The notes under the pieces: model-generated
Told to the model about the DNA's origin: nothing
The model's database searches: none
The model's input: only the letters and a program-made list of their open reading frames with translations
Program-made: the position numbers and the translations under genes
From: an uncultured Methylomarinum sp.
GTDB taxonomy: Bacteria; Pseudomonadota; Gammaproteobacteria; Methylococcales; Methylomonadaceae
NCBI GenBank assembly: GCA_964535875.1
Contig: CAZHUE010000001.1
Span: 1 to 34,654, forward strand
Direction: 5' to 3'
Length of the DNA stretch: 34,654 bases
Shown here: positions 1-9,620 of the stretch, piece by piece
Layout: each line of letters begins with the position of its first letter
How positions within the stretch are numbered: position 1 is the first letter of the stretch

Positions 1-681
1 GGCTAGTATAGTTGCAGGATCTGCACCTAATGCAACTGAGACCGGAAAAGGTTTTCCTGGATGTTCTTCTTGCCATTCTTTAAAATCTAGCGCGCCACCT
101 CGATGAGCTAGCCAGCGCATAATGACTTTGTTTTTACCAATGACTTGCTGACGATATATACCCAGGTTTTGCCTATCTTTATTTGGGCCTTTAGTGATAA
201 CTAATGGCCAAGTGATTAAAGGAGCAGCATCATCTGGCCAGCAGGTTTGAATAGGGAAAACACTTAAATCAACCTCATCACCTTCTCTGATAAGCTCTTG
301 ACATGCTGGTGATTTAATGACTTTAGGCGCCATATTCAATACCTGTTTAAAAACCGGAATTTTTTCCATCACATCTTTCATGCCTTTAGGTGGTTCCGGT
401 TCTTTTAAATAGGCTAATAATTCACCAATGCCTCTTAGTTCAGTAACCGAATCAGCTCCCATTCCCATAGCAACTCGACGCGGTGTACCAAATAAATTAG
501 CCAAAACAGGAATGTTTGAGCCCTTTGGATTTTCAAACAATAAAGCTGGGCCTTCTTGCTTTAAGGTACGATCGCAGATTTCAGTCATTTCTAAATAGGG
601 ATCAACTTCAACAGTGATTCGTTTGAGTTCACCTTGTTTTTCTAGCTGATCTATAAAGTCCCTTAAATCTTTATATTTCAT
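1..681 (-). CDS. ubiD: 4-hydroxy-3-polyprenylbenzoate decarboxylase UbiD, N-terminal 227 codons (3' end lies beyond the window)
   Basis: The ORF is open at the window edge, so it is missing from the ORF track. My minus-strand translation from the ATG at 681-679 gives [54 protein letters not shown]...[31 protein letters not shown]...[14 protein letters not shown]. This is colinear with the E. coli UbiD N-terminus as I recall it ([60 protein letters not shown]). The start overlaps the prlC stop as ATGA (678-681). Confidence 0.9.
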   Translation of the reverse strand, partial: MKYKDLRDFIDQLEKQGELKRITVEVDPYLEMTEICDRTLKQEGPALLFENPKGSNIPVLANLFGTPRRVAMGMGADSVTELRGIGELLAYLKEPEPPKGMKDVMEKIPVFKQVLNMAPKVIKSPACQELIREGDEVDLSVFPIQTCWPDDAAPLITWPLVITKGPNKDRQNLGIYRQQVIGKNKVIMRWLAHRGGALDFKEWQEEHPGKPFPVSVALGADPATILA

Positions 682-2717
682 CCTGCTATTCCAGTGTGTC
701 TTAGCAAAGCATCAATATTAGGTTCGCGACCTCTAAAGTCTATAAATAACTGCATGGCATCCTGGCTGCCACCTTTTTCTAAAATATTATGCAGAAATGA
801 TTTTCCTGTGGCTTGATCAAAAATTCCTTTTTCTTCAAATAAGGAATAGGCATCGCTGGATAAGACTTCTGCCCATTTGTAACTGTAATATCCTGCGGCA
901 TATCCACCGGCAAAAATATGGGAAAAACCATGTGCAAATCGGTTGAATTCTGGTGTTTCAATGACCGATACTTGTTTTCTAATTTGCTTTAGTGTTGGGT
1001 AAATTTGCCCACCTTTGGCAGGGTCATAATTTTGGTGGATTTTAAAATCAAAGAGGCTAAGCTCTAATTGCCTTACCATTTGCATTCCGGCCTGAAAATT
1101 TTTAGCATCTAACATTTTCTGGAATAAAGTATCTGGTAATGGCTCGTTTGTTTGATAATGACTTGAAATAAGGGCTAATGCTTCTTTTTCCCAGCACCAG
1201 TTTTCCATAAATTGGCTAGGTAATTCCACCGCATCCCATTCCACGCCATTAATACCTGAAACGCCTAGATGATCTATTTTGGTTAGCATATGTTGTAAGC
1301 CATGACCAAATTCATGGAATAATGTCATGACTTCATCATGCGTTAAAAGAGCCGGAGTGTCTGCTGCTGGAGGGGTGAAATTGCAGGTTAAATAAGCAAC
1401 TGGAATTTGAATTTTATAGGCAGTTTTTTTACGACCTACACAATCATCCATCCATGCGCCGCCTCGTTTTTTCTCACGGGCATAAAGGTCAAAATAGAAT
1501 TGACCTCTGACAAAACCTTCTTCATCTGTAATTTCAAAAAAACGCACGTCTTTATGCCAGCTATCAAAATCAGAAATTTCTGATATTTTTAAACCATAGA
1601 GTTTTTCAACAACGGAAAATAAACCAGGTATGACTCTAGTTTCTGGAAAATAAGCCTTTACCTCTTCTTGAGATAATTGGTAAAAATGTTGGCGCATTTT
1701 TTCCGAATAATAAGTCATGTCCCATGCTTGTAACTCATCAATACTATGGTGTTCTTTTGCAAATTTCTTTAGCTCAGCAAAGTCTTTGCGTGCATGGTCT
1801 AAGGATCTTTCAGCTAAATCGTCAAGAAAATCTGTGACCTTGTCGGGCGTTTCAGCCATTTTTGTGGCAAGAGAGTATTCTGCATAATTATTAAAACCTA
1901 ATAATTGAGCAATTTCATGTCTTAACGCCAAGGTATCTTCCATAATTTGGCTGTTATCCCATTTTCCTGCATCTGGCCCTTGGTCTGAGGCACGGGTAGC
2001 AAAAGCGGTGTAATGTTCTTTACGTAACTCGCGGTTATCCGCATAAGTCATCACGGCAATATAAGACGGAAATTGCAGAGTAATCCCCCAGCCTTCTTTA
2101 CCCTGACTTTCGGCTGTTTGTTTGGCTTGTAATAAGGCCGTGTCTGGTAATCCTGCTAATTCTTTTTCATCAGAAATCACTTTTGTCCAGGCATTAGTCG
2201 CATCAAGTACATTTTCCCCATATTTGCTAGTTAAGCTGGATAACTCTTGCTTAATTTCTTTGTATCTTTTTTGTTTTTTTTCATCTAAGCCAATACCTGA
2301 TAAACGAAAATCTCTTAATGCGTTGGTAATAATTTTTTGTTGAGCCAAGTCTAAAGATGAATAACTATCACTTTCTGATATTTGTTTGAAGGCTAAATAC
2401 AGGGCTTTATTTTGCCCCATTTCTGTTGAGTATTCGCTTAATTTAGGTAAGCAAGCGTTATAAGCATCTCGTAAATCATCGGTATCGACCACAGAATTCA
2501 TATGGCTTACAGGAGACCAGGCTTTATTAAGCTTGTCTTCGCTATCTTCAATTGGCTCGATCAAGTTTTCCCAAGTATAGTTGCTTGTAGCTTGTAATTG
2601 TTGCTCAACTATTACTCTTGATTCTGCTAATAAAGCATCTATAGCTGGCTCTATATACTCAGATTTTATTTTAGAAAATTGAGGAAGTGTTGTTTTTTCA
2701 AGTAAGGGGTTATTCAT
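678..2717 (-). CDS. prlC: Oligopeptidase A (M3 family zinc metallopeptidase)
   Basis: 679 aa ORF with the HExxH zinc motif in M3 context ([13 protein letters not shown]...[15 protein letters not shown]). Length and overall layout fit PrlC/Dcp-type peptidases. Confidence 0.9.
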   Translation of the reverse strand: MNNPLLEKTTLPQFSKIKSEYIEPAIDALLAESRVIVEQQLQATSNYTWENLIEPIEDSEDKLNKAWSPVSHMNSVVDTDDLRDAYNACLPKLSEYSTEMGQNKALYLAFKQISESDSYSSLDLAQQKIITNALRDFRLSGIGLDEKKQKRYKEIKQELSSLTSKYGENVLDATNAWTKVISDEKELAGLPDTALLQAKQTAESQGKEGWGITLQFPSYIAVMTYADNRELRKEHYTAFATRASDQGPDAGKWDNSQIMEDTLALRHEIAQLLGFNNYAEYSLATKMAETPDKVTDFLDDLAERSLDHARKDFAELKKFAKEHHSIDELQAWDMTYYSEKMRQHFYQLSQEEVKAYFPETRVIPGLFSVVEKLYGLKISEISDFDSWHKDVRFFEITDEEGFVRGQFYFDLYAREKKRGGAWMDDCVGRKKTAYKIQIPVAYLTCNFTPPAADTPALLTHDEVMTLFHEFGHGLQHMLTKIDHLGVSGINGVEWDAVELPSQFMENWCWEKEALALISSHYQTNEPLPDTLFQKMLDAKNFQAGMQMVRQLELSLFDFKIHQNYDPAKGGQIYPTLKQIRKQVSVIETPEFNRFAHGFSHIFAGGYAAGYYSYKWAEVLSSDAYSLFEEKGIFDQATGKSFLHNILEKGGSQDAMQLFIDFRGREPNIDALLRHTGIAG

Positions 2718-3008
2718 GATATTAGAATAGATTTGAAATTTATATTTTGGGGTAAGTAACTGGCAACAAAATAAATCTTCTTTTTATTTCCTAGTTTTAT
2801 CCAGTGTGGATTGAGGTATTGTCTTTTTAGCAATCCAACATTTCACATTAGATCTGATTGTTGTGTTAATGATAGAACTGTTAACACAACCTACGCAAGA
2901 AATGAATATCTATCGAAAAAGGAGATTTATTGCTTCCTAACAACACTACTTGTAATGTGAGTGTGTTTTATTTGGTAAGTTTTTTGGGGTTAAATAGTTA
3001 AGTAAGGA

Positions 3009-4382
3009 TCAGGATAACATACGCATAGTACTATTTACTCTGCTTTGGGCTTTTTGTAAAATCATTAGTGAGAAGTTAGCATCTAGCGAGCCTTTTTTTA
3101 GTTTTGAATAAGCAGGGATTGAATTGATATAAGGTAATCCTTCTGTTTTTTTTGTACTGATGTAGCTGTGTAATTTAGCTAAAATCACAATATCGGTTAT
3201 TGTTAACTTATCGCCGCTATCATAAAACCAATCTTCTGAATGATGAGGGATAGCACTCAGTTCTTTAGAAAACCCTAGAGTATGTAAAACTAAAGACCCG
3301 ACAGGAGCTCTAAGATAAGGCATTGCACTTTCAATATCGTTAAAATCAGGGTGGCCAGAAGGATACTCTTCTGCAAAATGTAATAAAGGGATGGTTCCAA
3401 TATCAGCAACCAGACCTGCTAATAAAGCATCGTCCGGGTTAATAACCTTTGTTTCAGAGGCGAGAACAAAACTTAAGCTGGAAAGATAAAGACTTTTTTT
3501 CCATAAGCTTTCCATGCTTTGCAGAAGTTGTTTATTATCGCATTTAAATAATTGTTTTAAACTGATACCCATAACTAAATTACGAGTTGCTTCAAGGCCT
3601 AGTCTAAGTACAGCATCATGGCAATTTGTAATCGGGTTAGCCCGGGCATAAGCTGGGCTATTAGAAACCTGAACGAGTTTGGTTACTATGGCTGAATCCA
3701 TATGGATAATATCAACAGCTTCATTGATGCCTATATCATCACTAGCCATTACTTTATTAAGTTTTAGTGCTACATTTGGCAAAGATGGAAGCCTTAGTTT
3801 ATTTTCTTTATAGGCTTGAGAAAAACTTTCAAAAAACGCATGGTTAGATAATTCAGGCGGTAATTCAAAGTTATTTAATTCAACATAGGAATCTTCATCA
3901 TAGCCACTTTTTATGGCCCAAAGTTGATTTAGCTTTCCTGGTACGACAAGTAACGTAACTTCGGTTAATGCTGTTGCAGTTCCACCAATTGTTTTTCCGC
4001 TATTAAGAGGAAGTCGTGCAATGAGATTGTCAAAAGAAATTTCATAATTATTGTTACTGTCCGGCTGAATTTGTACAGTTCCGTTTAACAAATAGTAGAC
4101 TTCGTCTGATTTATCACCTTGTATAAACAGGGTAGATTTTTTTGAAAATACTTGAGTTTTTATAGTTAGAGAATTTAAGTCTTGTTCATCCATACTTTTT
4201 AACGGGATGAATTTTTTTAGAATATCAATTGCTAAGGGTTTAGTTGATGTTTTAATTGGTTTTGAACAAGAAGTTGGTCTCTTATTAGGCGTTATTTCTT
4301 CTTTTACGTAATCATTACTATTTTTTTCTTGAGTAAGTTTAGACCCAAATATTTTTGAAAATAACCTTTTTAACCAATTCAT
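3009..4382 (-). CDS. Signalling protein with an N-terminal cyclic-nucleotide-binding-like (CAP_ED) domain and a C-terminal HDOD domain
   Basis: 457 aa. The N-terminal half has a beta-roll-like pattern (STLFIQGDKSDEVYYLLNGTVQIQ...GGTATALTEVTLLVV). The C-terminal half is HDOD-like (LPSLPNVALKLNKVM..INEAVDIIHMDSAIVTKLVQVSNSPAY...LRLGLEATRNLV...LLAGLVADIG). It is a paralogue of the adjacent 4404-5675 gene. Confidence 0.75.
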   Translation of the reverse strand: MNWLKRLFSKIFGSKLTQEKNSNDYVKEEITPNKRPTSCSKPIKTSTKPLAIDILKKFIPLKSMDEQDLNSLTIKTQVFSKKSTLFIQGDKSDEVYYLLNGTVQIQPDSNNNYEISFDNLIARLPLNSGKTIGGTATALTEVTLLVVPGKLNQLWAIKSGYDEDSYVELNNFELPPELSNHAFFESFSQAYKENKLRLPSLPNVALKLNKVMASDDIGINEAVDIIHMDSAIVTKLVQVSNSPAYARANPITNCHDAVLRLGLEATRNLVMGISLKQLFKCDNKQLLQSMESLWKKSLYLSSLSFVLASETKVINPDDALLAGLVADIGTIPLLHFAEEYPSGHPDFNDIESAMPYLRAPVGSLVLHTLGFSKELSAIPHHSEDWFYDSGDKLTITDIVILAKLHSYISTKKTEGLPYINSIPAYSKLKKGSLDANFSLMILQKAQSRVNSTMRMLS

Positions 4383-4403
4383 TTTGAATTTCTTACACCT
4401 ACT

Positions 4404-5675
4404 TTAGGAAGAGAATGTTTTTAAAGCGTCATTAATTTTATCTTTTGCATCGTGCAAAAAACTTAGAGAATTTTCTGGGGAAAGCGTAATGTTTTTTAGC
4501 TTGCTGGCCGCAGGAATAGATGTTATAGGTGGTAAGTCAGAAGTCTCTTTTTTTCCAATTTTATTGTGTAACCTTGATAAAACGACAATATCTGTAAGAG
4601 TAAAAGCTTTTTCTGTATCTTGATACCAGTCATCTGATTGTAAAGCGACTTGAATAAATTCTTCTGCAAACCCCCATTTTTTTAGAATAGAAGCCCCAAC
4701 AACTCCCTTAACAACAGGAATTGCGTTGAAAATATCCTCCTCACTGTAGTAATCTTGAGGTAAATTTGAAGCAAAATTTAGAAAGGGTACTATACCAATA
4801 TCACAAATTAAGCCAGCAAGTAATGCTTCCTCGGGTTTTTTTTGTTTGCTTTCAGAGGAAAGAACGTAACTTAAGCTTGATAGGTAAAGACTATTTTTCC
4901 AGGCATGATCCAGGTATTTTGCAATTTTTGGAGAGTTACCTTTGAAAATATTTTTTATACTTAAACTAATAACTAAGCTGCGTGTAGCATTTAGCCCTAT
5001 TTTTTTTATTGCTTCAAAACAGCTCTTGACCGGTACAGATGATACATATAAAGGACAATTAGCTACTTCAATTAATTTAGCTGCAATAACAGGATCTAGT
5101 TGAACAATTTTAACCGCCTCTTCAATACCAATATCTTTTTTCATCGCTTCGCTTAATTTAATGGCGATTATAGGTAATGAAGGGATTTCCATGTCATCAT
5201 TAAGGAAATATTGAGAGAAAGATTGTAAAACACGACAGTCTTTTAATTCTTCAGGAATAGTCAATTCAAATGATTGGTGCTTGATTGAATTGAGAGACAT
5301 TATTTTTTGTGATACACGCAATATATTGATCGTTGATTTTGCAATTGCCGTTGTTGTATGTTTTACACCACTGGAAATGGGAAATTTTGCTTTTGTTTCT
5401 GTTGCTTCAATTTCAAAAGATTTATCATTGGCATCAGTTAACGAGACCGTTCCTGCTAAAAGATAGATAGCTGAATCAGAAAGTTCATTAATCTTAAACA
5501 GAGCTTTTCCAGCAGATACAATCTCTGCTTTTTTTTCTAAAGCAAAAGATTGTAATTTGTCTTCACTTAAATTTCGAATAGGGATTAATTTTTTTAACGT
5601 TTCAACTGATATTTCTTCACCAATAAAACTGCTTGAGTGTTTTTTTCCTTTAAAAAATGAGCTTAATGAAGCCAT
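4404..5675 (-). CDS. Signalling protein with a CAP_ED-like N-terminal domain and a C-terminal HDOD domain (tandem paralogue)
   Basis: 423 aa with the same architecture (KALFKINELSDSAIYLLAGTVSL...KHTTTAIAKSTINILRV; IPSLPIIAIKLSEAM..IEEAVKIVQLDPVIAAKLIEVANCPLY...IGLNATRSLV...LLAGLICDIG). It is clearly alignable by eye with the 3009-4382 product, e.g. WK(K/N)SLYLSSLS(F/Y)VL(A/S)SE(T/S)K. Confidence 0.75.
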   Translation of the reverse strand: MASLSSFFKGKKHSSSFIGEEISVETLKKLIPIRNLSEDKLQSFALEKKAEIVSAGKALFKINELSDSAIYLLAGTVSLTDANDKSFEIEATETKAKFPISSGVKHTTTAIAKSTINILRVSQKIMSLNSIKHQSFELTIPEELKDCRVLQSFSQYFLNDDMEIPSLPIIAIKLSEAMKKDIGIEEAVKIVQLDPVIAAKLIEVANCPLYVSSVPVKSCFEAIKKIGLNATRSLVISLSIKNIFKGNSPKIAKYLDHAWKNSLYLSSLSYVLSSESKQKKPEEALLAGLICDIGIVPFLNFASNLPQDYYSEEDIFNAIPVVKGVVGASILKKWGFAEEFIQVALQSDDWYQDTEKAFTLTDIVVLSRLHNKIGKKETSDLPPITSIPAASKLKNITLSPENSLSFLHDAKDKINDALKTFSS

Positions 5676-5881
5676 AGAAATATCCTGAAAAATTATAACT
5701 CTGTTGAGAAGTGATTGAGAGTCTACTAAACTTGTTTTATAACTGTTAATTAATAGAATGATATTTTGAATCGATCATAACTTAAGTAATTCAATACATA
5801 GAAGTTGTTGCAACTATCAATAAAAGTATAACAGATAAGAAAAAAATGGTTGAGAAATTAAAGAGAATTTTTAATTCCTTC

Positions 5882-5963
5882 TAACTGCTGTACTTGGAGT
5901 GGAGCGCAGCGGAACTCAAGTACAGCAGTTAAGCTGGACGCACGGTAGCGCGTCCAGCTTAAC
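5882..5963. repeat. Two overlapping GC-rich perfect or near-perfect palindromes (tandem hairpin element) in an AT-rich intergenic region
   Basis: Hairpin 1: TAACTGCTGTACTTGGAGT (5882-5900) pairs with ACTCAAGTACAGCAGTTA (5914-5931), giving 18 bp plus one bulged G and a 13-nt loop GGAGCGCAGCGGA. Hairpin 2: GTTAAGCTGGACGC (5928-5941) pairs with GCGTCCAGCTTAAC (5950-5963), giving 14 bp perfect with an 8-nt loop. The two share the GTTA at 5928-5931. No U-tract follows on either strand. Confidence 0.8.
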
Positions 5964-6059
5964 AATACAGTAAACATAACATGCGCTACGTTAGAAAAAG
6001 AAATAATGGGATATTTTTGGAGCAATACAATGAGTCACCTACGAATTCAAGAACTGCTT

Positions 6060-6322
6060 TGCTATAGATAAACCGGAAGGACTTTATCTATCTAGATCCA
6101 CATGTACTAATTTTTGAGGTTCCTTCCAAGCCCATCGCAACAAAGGACAAAAATAAAAACATCGCCTATATAATGTTGAGTGTGTCAAGAATTACATCAT
6201 TATTGATCCAAAAGGGCAGGTTGCTAAAGTTTATAAACTACAAAACGGGAAATATTTAAAAAATCACCTGATATGTTTCAGGCTGACCTTTTAAAAATGA
6301 TGGTACAACGTGGTGAAATCTG
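6060..6322 (+). pseudogene. Relic of a Uma2-family (DUF820) restriction-endonuclease-like gene, C-terminal half only, frameshifted with in-frame stops
   Basis: One frame (6098-6169) reads PHVLIFEVPSKPIATKDKNKNIAY. A different frame (6178-6255) reads ECVKNYIIIDPKGQVAKVYKLQNGKY. Together these match the remembered Uma2 pattern P-LVIEVLSPST..D...K...YA..GV.EYWIVDP....V.VY.L.NG.Y. Stops at 6109-6111 and 6154-6156 and at least one frameshift near 6167-6178 break it. No N-terminal half is present. Confidence 0.45.
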
Positions 6323-6599
6323 ACAATCAATGCATTATAAGATTTCTGGGTTGTCCTTGAATTTTATCGCGGTAAATCTTCAAGCTGATATTTTACCATA
6401 AGCAGTTGTATTTAAATGAAAATATTGTTTTCGGTCAGGCACTACTTAGGAGTGAGGTTTAAATCACTTTCGAAATTTGCCTTGCCCTTTAGCTCCCAGA
6501 AGCACTAATAAAATAACTGTGTGGCTAGTTATGCACCTTTTAAAACCTATTTGCTATAAATTCCTCTTTCATGATGGTGCGAAGCTTATGCTAAACATT

Positions 6600-7787
6600 T
6601 TATCTGTTTTCAGAGTAGATAGTTAATTGCTTTTTTAAGGCTTTCGCCGCCATTGCATAGCCACCGTCAGCTCCATCAACAAAGTGTATATGATGTAAAT
6701 TGTAATCTGAAATAACACAGGTCATTAAAGCTCGATCAGAAGCATAAATACCATAAACTAGTAAGCCATTTCGATATTGTTTTTCCAGATATTGAGTAAG
6801 CTTATTTCTTTGATCTGCATTTCCGGAAATAACCATGCGCAAGTTGTCATCAAATTTTCGAAAGTCTGTATTGGTTACAAGAGTCTCCTTATATTTCCCC
6901 CAGTCAGAACTCAGAAATTGTTTTCCTTTGTTCATCCAGTATCGACCCAGTCGTATTTTCCAGGGTAGTATCATTGCATAAACCAATCCTTTGAGCTTGG
7001 AATCTGACCCTGCTCGAACTTTTGCTTCACCTTGTAAATCCTGTGCTTCTGTTGTTAATTGAAGATGTTCTTTTTGTACGGGTCTATGGATTTCTTCGTC
7101 ACCATAAATTTCTTGTATTCGATCAAAAACTTCTAAATAGAGCAGGTTACTTTTCTTAATTGTGTTTGCAACACTCAGCACTAGGAGAGAAACCGTTTCA
7201 TCATGAGGGCTAGGCACATCTTTCCAGCGGCATTCAAAACCTGTGAAATCAGCAGAAGGAGATAAATCATTGTCTATGATGTTATATATATCTTGTTGAT
7301 CATTTTTTACCAGTTTTTCTGCATAAACAAGACCTTTGCCCGTAAAGGCTGCTTGGTAATAGCCTTTTGAGACTTGGTGTTTAGCAACTAAAACTTGGTG
7401 TTTCGACTGATGAATAACGGAACAGGGCACAATACCCCATCTAAGAGATAAGGCAAAATTGTCTAGAGCCATCAATTTTGTTGCCACTAATGTTTTTTTT
7501 ACGGCATAAATACAATTATTGGGAATGCATAAAGTTGCACCATCTCCGCCAAAAATAAAAGGAATTGACAAGGGTTTTACAGCATTGAAAATAGCAACTA
7601 TTGAGACAACACCTATAGTATTTACATCGCGATATTTTCCTTGCTGAATTGCAGTTGTAGAGTCTTCGATATCAGTAATTACTACCGCCCAACCTTGAGG
7701 CAATTTTGTGTAATTATTTAGATTGAAAATACCGCGAAATTGATCAAAAGGTTTTAGCTTAGAATAAAAATCTTCGTTTGTAGTCAT
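6600..7787 (-). CDS. DUF3095-family protein (uncharacterised; N-terminal region resembles a nucleotidyl-cyclase/GGDEF-type palm domain)
   Basis: 395 aa. It contains WAVVITDIEDSTTAIQQGKYRDVNTIG...PFIFGGDGATLCIP near the N-terminus and HIHFVDGADGGYAMAAKALK at the C-terminus. These match my memory of the DUF3095 signature, but the family assignment is unverified. Confidence 0.6.
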   Translation of the reverse strand: MTTNEDFYSKLKPFDQFRGIFNLNNYTKLPQGWAVVITDIEDSTTAIQQGKYRDVNTIGVVSIVAIFNAVKPLSIPFIFGGDGATLCIPNNCIYAVKKTLVATKLMALDNFALSLRWGIVPCSVIHQSKHQVLVAKHQVSKGYYQAAFTGKGLVYAEKLVKNDQQDIYNIIDNDLSPSADFTGFECRWKDVPSPHDETVSLLVLSVANTIKKSNLLYLEVFDRIQEIYGDEEIHRPVQKEHLQLTTEAQDLQGEAKVRAGSDSKLKGLVYAMILPWKIRLGRYWMNKGKQFLSSDWGKYKETLVTNTDFRKFDDNLRMVISGNADQRNKLTQYLEKQYRNGLLVYGIYASDRALMTCVISDYNLHHIHFVDGADGGYAMAAKALKKQLTIYSENR

Positions 7788-8071
7788 AGTTAACCATTCC
7801 AGATTAGTAGCAAACCATAGATTGTTTTATATAAATTTGATAGGGTTATTTTTATATTGTAAATCATTTAAGTGAGTGGTTTACAATGCTATTATTAACC
7901 CCTTAGCAATGGGAATAGGTTGTTAATATGTAACTATAATAGATTAAGCTATCTATAGGATACAAATATTGAATTTAATTTGTTAGGAGCAAATCATTGC
8001 AATTTCCAACAAACTAGCGTTAGAATCCCTAATCATTACTATGTTGAAGGTTTGAATAAGCAGTTAAAACG

Positions 8072-8854
8072 ATGAATATTTTTGGCTGGATTGGGCAACG
8101 CTGTATAGAATCCTCTTTATACCTGGTTGATTTAACTTATTTTTTAGTAAGGGCGCTCTCTATATGGCAGCCGCATCGTAACTTTTTTAATCGAGCAGTC
8201 TATTCCAATTTGCTAGGGCAGATTATTTTTACAGGCGTTGACGCTATTGCAATGATATCTTTTCTAGCCGTTTTGGTTGGAATTGGAGTTACTTCACAAT
8301 TGATTTATATCATGCAGGCAATAACGGGTGCTAATGATTTGACAGAAATTCTTGCCAGATTAGTGATAAGCGAACTGGGCCCGTTAATAACAGGCGTTAT
8401 TCTGGTTGGTCGTTCCTGTTCAGCTATTGCTGTAGACTTAGGTAATACTAAGTTGCATGGTGAAATTGAACCTTTGGAATACTTAGGTATTGATGTTGAT
8501 GATTATTTTGTTCTTCCCAGAATACTTTGCATGGTGATTAGTCAAGTGACGTTAGCACTTTATTTTTCAGTTATTATGATCTTATGTGGGGTGTTTTTTA
8601 GTGCATATATCTATAATTTCTCAGCACAGGAATCATTGACTGAATTGCTAAATACTCTAGGGGTGGATGTAGTTATAGCATTTATGTTGAAAAATATATT
8701 TTTTGGTTTGGGGGTTGGTACCATGGCCTGTTTTCATGGACTTTCTGTAGGCAATTCACCTACACAGGTACCCCAACAAATGCAGAAGGCAGTGATGAGG
8801 TCTATGGTGTTTTTATTTCTGATAGATGGCTATTTTTTACTCTTGATGATATGA
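8072..8854 (+). CDS. MlaE-family ABC transporter permease (MCE/lipid-trafficking type)
   Basis: 260 aa multi-pass membrane protein. ELGPLITGVILVGRSCSAIAVDLGNTKLHGEIEPLEYLGID aligns with the conserved MlaE/YrbE core (ELGPV.TA...AGR.GSA..AE.G.MK..EQ...L..M..DP). Its stop overlaps the next gene's start as ATGA (8851-8854). Confidence 0.85.
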   Translation: MNIFGWIGQRCIESSLYLVDLTYFLVRALSIWQPHRNFFNRAVYSNLLGQIIFTGVDAIAMISFLAVLVGIGVTSQLIYIMQAITGANDLTEILARLVISELGPLITGVILVGRSCSAIAVDLGNTKLHGEIEPLEYLGIDVDDYFVLPRILCMVISQVTLALYFSVIMILCGVFFSAYIYNFSAQESLTELLNTLGVDVVIAFMLKNIFFGLGVGTMACFHGLSVGNSPTQVPQQMQKAVMRSMVFLFLIDGYFLLLMI

Positions 8855-9609
8855 ATAATAGTCTCTCTCCTATTATCCAGGCATACAATGCTATTCCCGA
8901 TTCAGGAGAAAGTACTTTAAAATTTCCTTCCTTAGAATGCAGAATAACGGCTTCTAATTTAACTTGTTTAGTTGGACCACACCGTTTTCAATTAAGAGCA
9001 TATTTGCATATGTTGGCGGGTATTACCCAAGCAAAAACAGGTAAGGTTGAGATTTTAGGACGAATGATTTCCGAACTTGATCAAACGGCTTGGAGGAAAC
9101 TTCGTTCTAAGATAGGTTATCTTTCTGGAACAACACCTTTGTTATCAGTACAGCATGGGTTGATGAATGTGATGTTGCCATTACTTTATCACAGTGATTT
9201 GTCATTTCGCGAAACTGCGGATAAAGCGAGGGTTTTACTGGATGAATTAAATTGCCATTTTGATGTGACAAAATTTCCTGCAATGCTGAATAGTTTTCAT
9301 CGATTACAACTTGCTCTAGCGCGCGCGTTGATTCTTGACCCCCTAATACTGTTTCTAGATGTACCATTTCATGACTTAGGCGCGAAACAACGTGAGAAAA
9401 TGGGAGTATTGTTGGGAAAACATAAACAGCATCGAGCTGTATGTATGATAGGGGGGCTTCAATATACCCATTTTTTGGAACAACATGCGAACCAAATTAT
9501 TTTTATTTCTGAGCATAAAATTATTAATTATAAAAGCTGGGAATCATTTATTCATACTGAAGACCAGGATGTTAAGGAATTATTGAATGTTTTGCAGACC
9601 ACGAATTAG
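8851..9609 (+). CDS. MlaF-like ABC nucleotide-binding-domain homologue with degenerate catalytic motifs (probable pseudo-ATPase)
   Basis: 252 aa in the position of the NBD, with NBD-like spacing. Walker A reads GPHRFQLR (expected GPSGxGKS/T). The signature motif reads LNSFH (expected LSGGQ/M). Walker B reads LILFLDVPFHDL (expected hhhhDEP, so the catalytic Glu is Val). The H-loop region reads CMIGGLQ with no His. D-loop-like context and the ALARAL helix are retained. Confidence 0.7.
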   Translation: MNNSLSPIIQAYNAIPDSGESTLKFPSLECRITASNLTCLVGPHRFQLRAYLHMLAGITQAKTGKVEILGRMISELDQTAWRKLRSKIGYLSGTTPLLSVQHGLMNVMLPLLYHSDLSFRETADKARVLLDELNCHFDVTKFPAMLNSFHRLQLALARALILDPLILFLDVPFHDLGAKQREKMGVLLGKHKQHRAVCMIGGLQYTHFLEQHANQIIFISEHKIINYKSWESFIHTEDQDVKELLNVLQTTN

Positions 9610-9620
9610 AATGATTATAA

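Noticed and set aside
779-2343. Small ORFs 779-961(-) and 2122-2343(+) within prlC. Similar internal or antisense ORFs occur at 5281-5466, 6777-6968, 9107-9367, 13798-14043, 14404-14598, 17870-18094, 26099-26353, 27243-27479, 27728-27949, 28394-28775, 31677-31955 and 32768-33028.
   Set aside because: All are nested in, or antisense to, longer ORFs with clear homology-type signatures. None has motifs of its own.
2860-2890. 10-bp perfect inverted repeat GTTGTGTTAA-N11-TTAACACAAC between the HDOD gene and prlC
   Set aside because: My rough expectation for a 10-bp inverted repeat with a short spacer in 35 kb of AT-rich DNA is about one by chance. No U-tract follows it, so it is not a clear terminator, and there is no second copy to suggest an operator family.
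5879-5934. Reading hairpin 1 as an integron attC site (TTCTAAC ... GTTAAGC resembles R''/R' boxes, with a bulged G resembling an extrahelical base)
   Set aside because: There is no integrase, no cassette array and only a single site. The stem is almost fully paired, without the usual unpaired central spacer. The left box does not fit RYYYAAC at its first position. The second palindrome has the boxes in the wrong order. It is more safely described as a GC-rich palindromic element.
7856-7887. 8-bp inverted repeat ATTGTAAA-N16-TTTACAAT in the divergent DUF3095/mlaE-like promoter region
   Set aside because: It is too short and AT-rich to distinguish from chance.
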